Positions 63,621-64,000 of a stretch of 64,000 nt of DNA are shown here, piece by piece; within the stretch, counting starts at the first letter, position 1, and each line of letters opens with the position of its first letter. The translations under genes and the position numbers were made by a program. The stretch is from Ginglymostoma cirratum (Eukaryota): the NCBI GenBank assembly GCA_024137785.1, contig JAHRHZ010000087.1, positions 17,984,258-18,048,257 on the forward strand. Direction: 5' to 3'. Below the pieces are notes generated by a model. That model ran no database searches. It was not told where the DNA came from and saw only the letters and a list, made by a program, of their open reading frames with translations.

Positions 63621-64000
63621 TGCTGATCAGTTGGTCCTGGTCTTAGTGATAAAGAGTTCTATTAGAGCCTTGCGCTTATTATTGACGGTGGATGAGAAAG
63701 GAAAGCAGGATTATGAAAGTGATTGCAAAAAGTCAAATTTATTTTGACAGTTATAAGGAAGAAGCTGTATATGGATAGATTCCTGTTTTGTAAGCCTGCT
63801 TTATTGGTAATGTGATGGCAATGGATGCCAGAGTCTCATGATAATGCAAGATGTTCAAGTTTTCAAGATGTTCAATGTTCACTTATTGTTGAAAATAGCC
63901 GAACATAATTGAGATCCATGTGGTATGTAGGTTTCTTTTATTCATTCTTTCCTTTACTTATCAGATAGTTGGGAGCTCCTGTTTTCCCTCCTGCCATGGT

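Noticed and set aside
1-64000. Most ORFs in the supplied six-frame track
   Set aside because: They are short, often use non-ATG starts, and are antisense or off-frame readings of repeats or random AT-rich DNA; no prokaryote-style genes or operons are present.

Overview
Eukaryotic, AT-rich, repeat-dense DNA, most likely intronic or intergenic. The repeat set (HE1/V-SINEs, SacSINE1/Deu-SINE-like copies, CR1 LINEs, many Penelope-like elements) points to a cartilaginous fish, probably a shark; this is an inference. No intact protein-coding gene is present, and most entries in the ORF track are spurious or are transposon fragments. Recognisable content: one ~3 kb 5'-truncated CR1 LINE plus many CR1/L2 scraps; at least four lineages of Penelope-like elements (PLEs), each carrying a minimal hammerhead ribozyme (HHR) motif in its pseudo-LTR; decayed Gypsy LTR elements; Harbinger/PIF DNA-transposon fossils; several SINE families; a 400-N gap; and a few weak candidate minus-strand host exons. 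Two observations stand out. (i) Tiny 96-249 bp non-coding PLE derivatives consist of little more than a hammerhead motif, as a monomer or a fold-back pair, with mostly 13-15 bp target-site duplications (TSDs). (ii) An APE-encoding LINE has a tRNA-SINE-like 5' end that is shared with a free-standing SINE.
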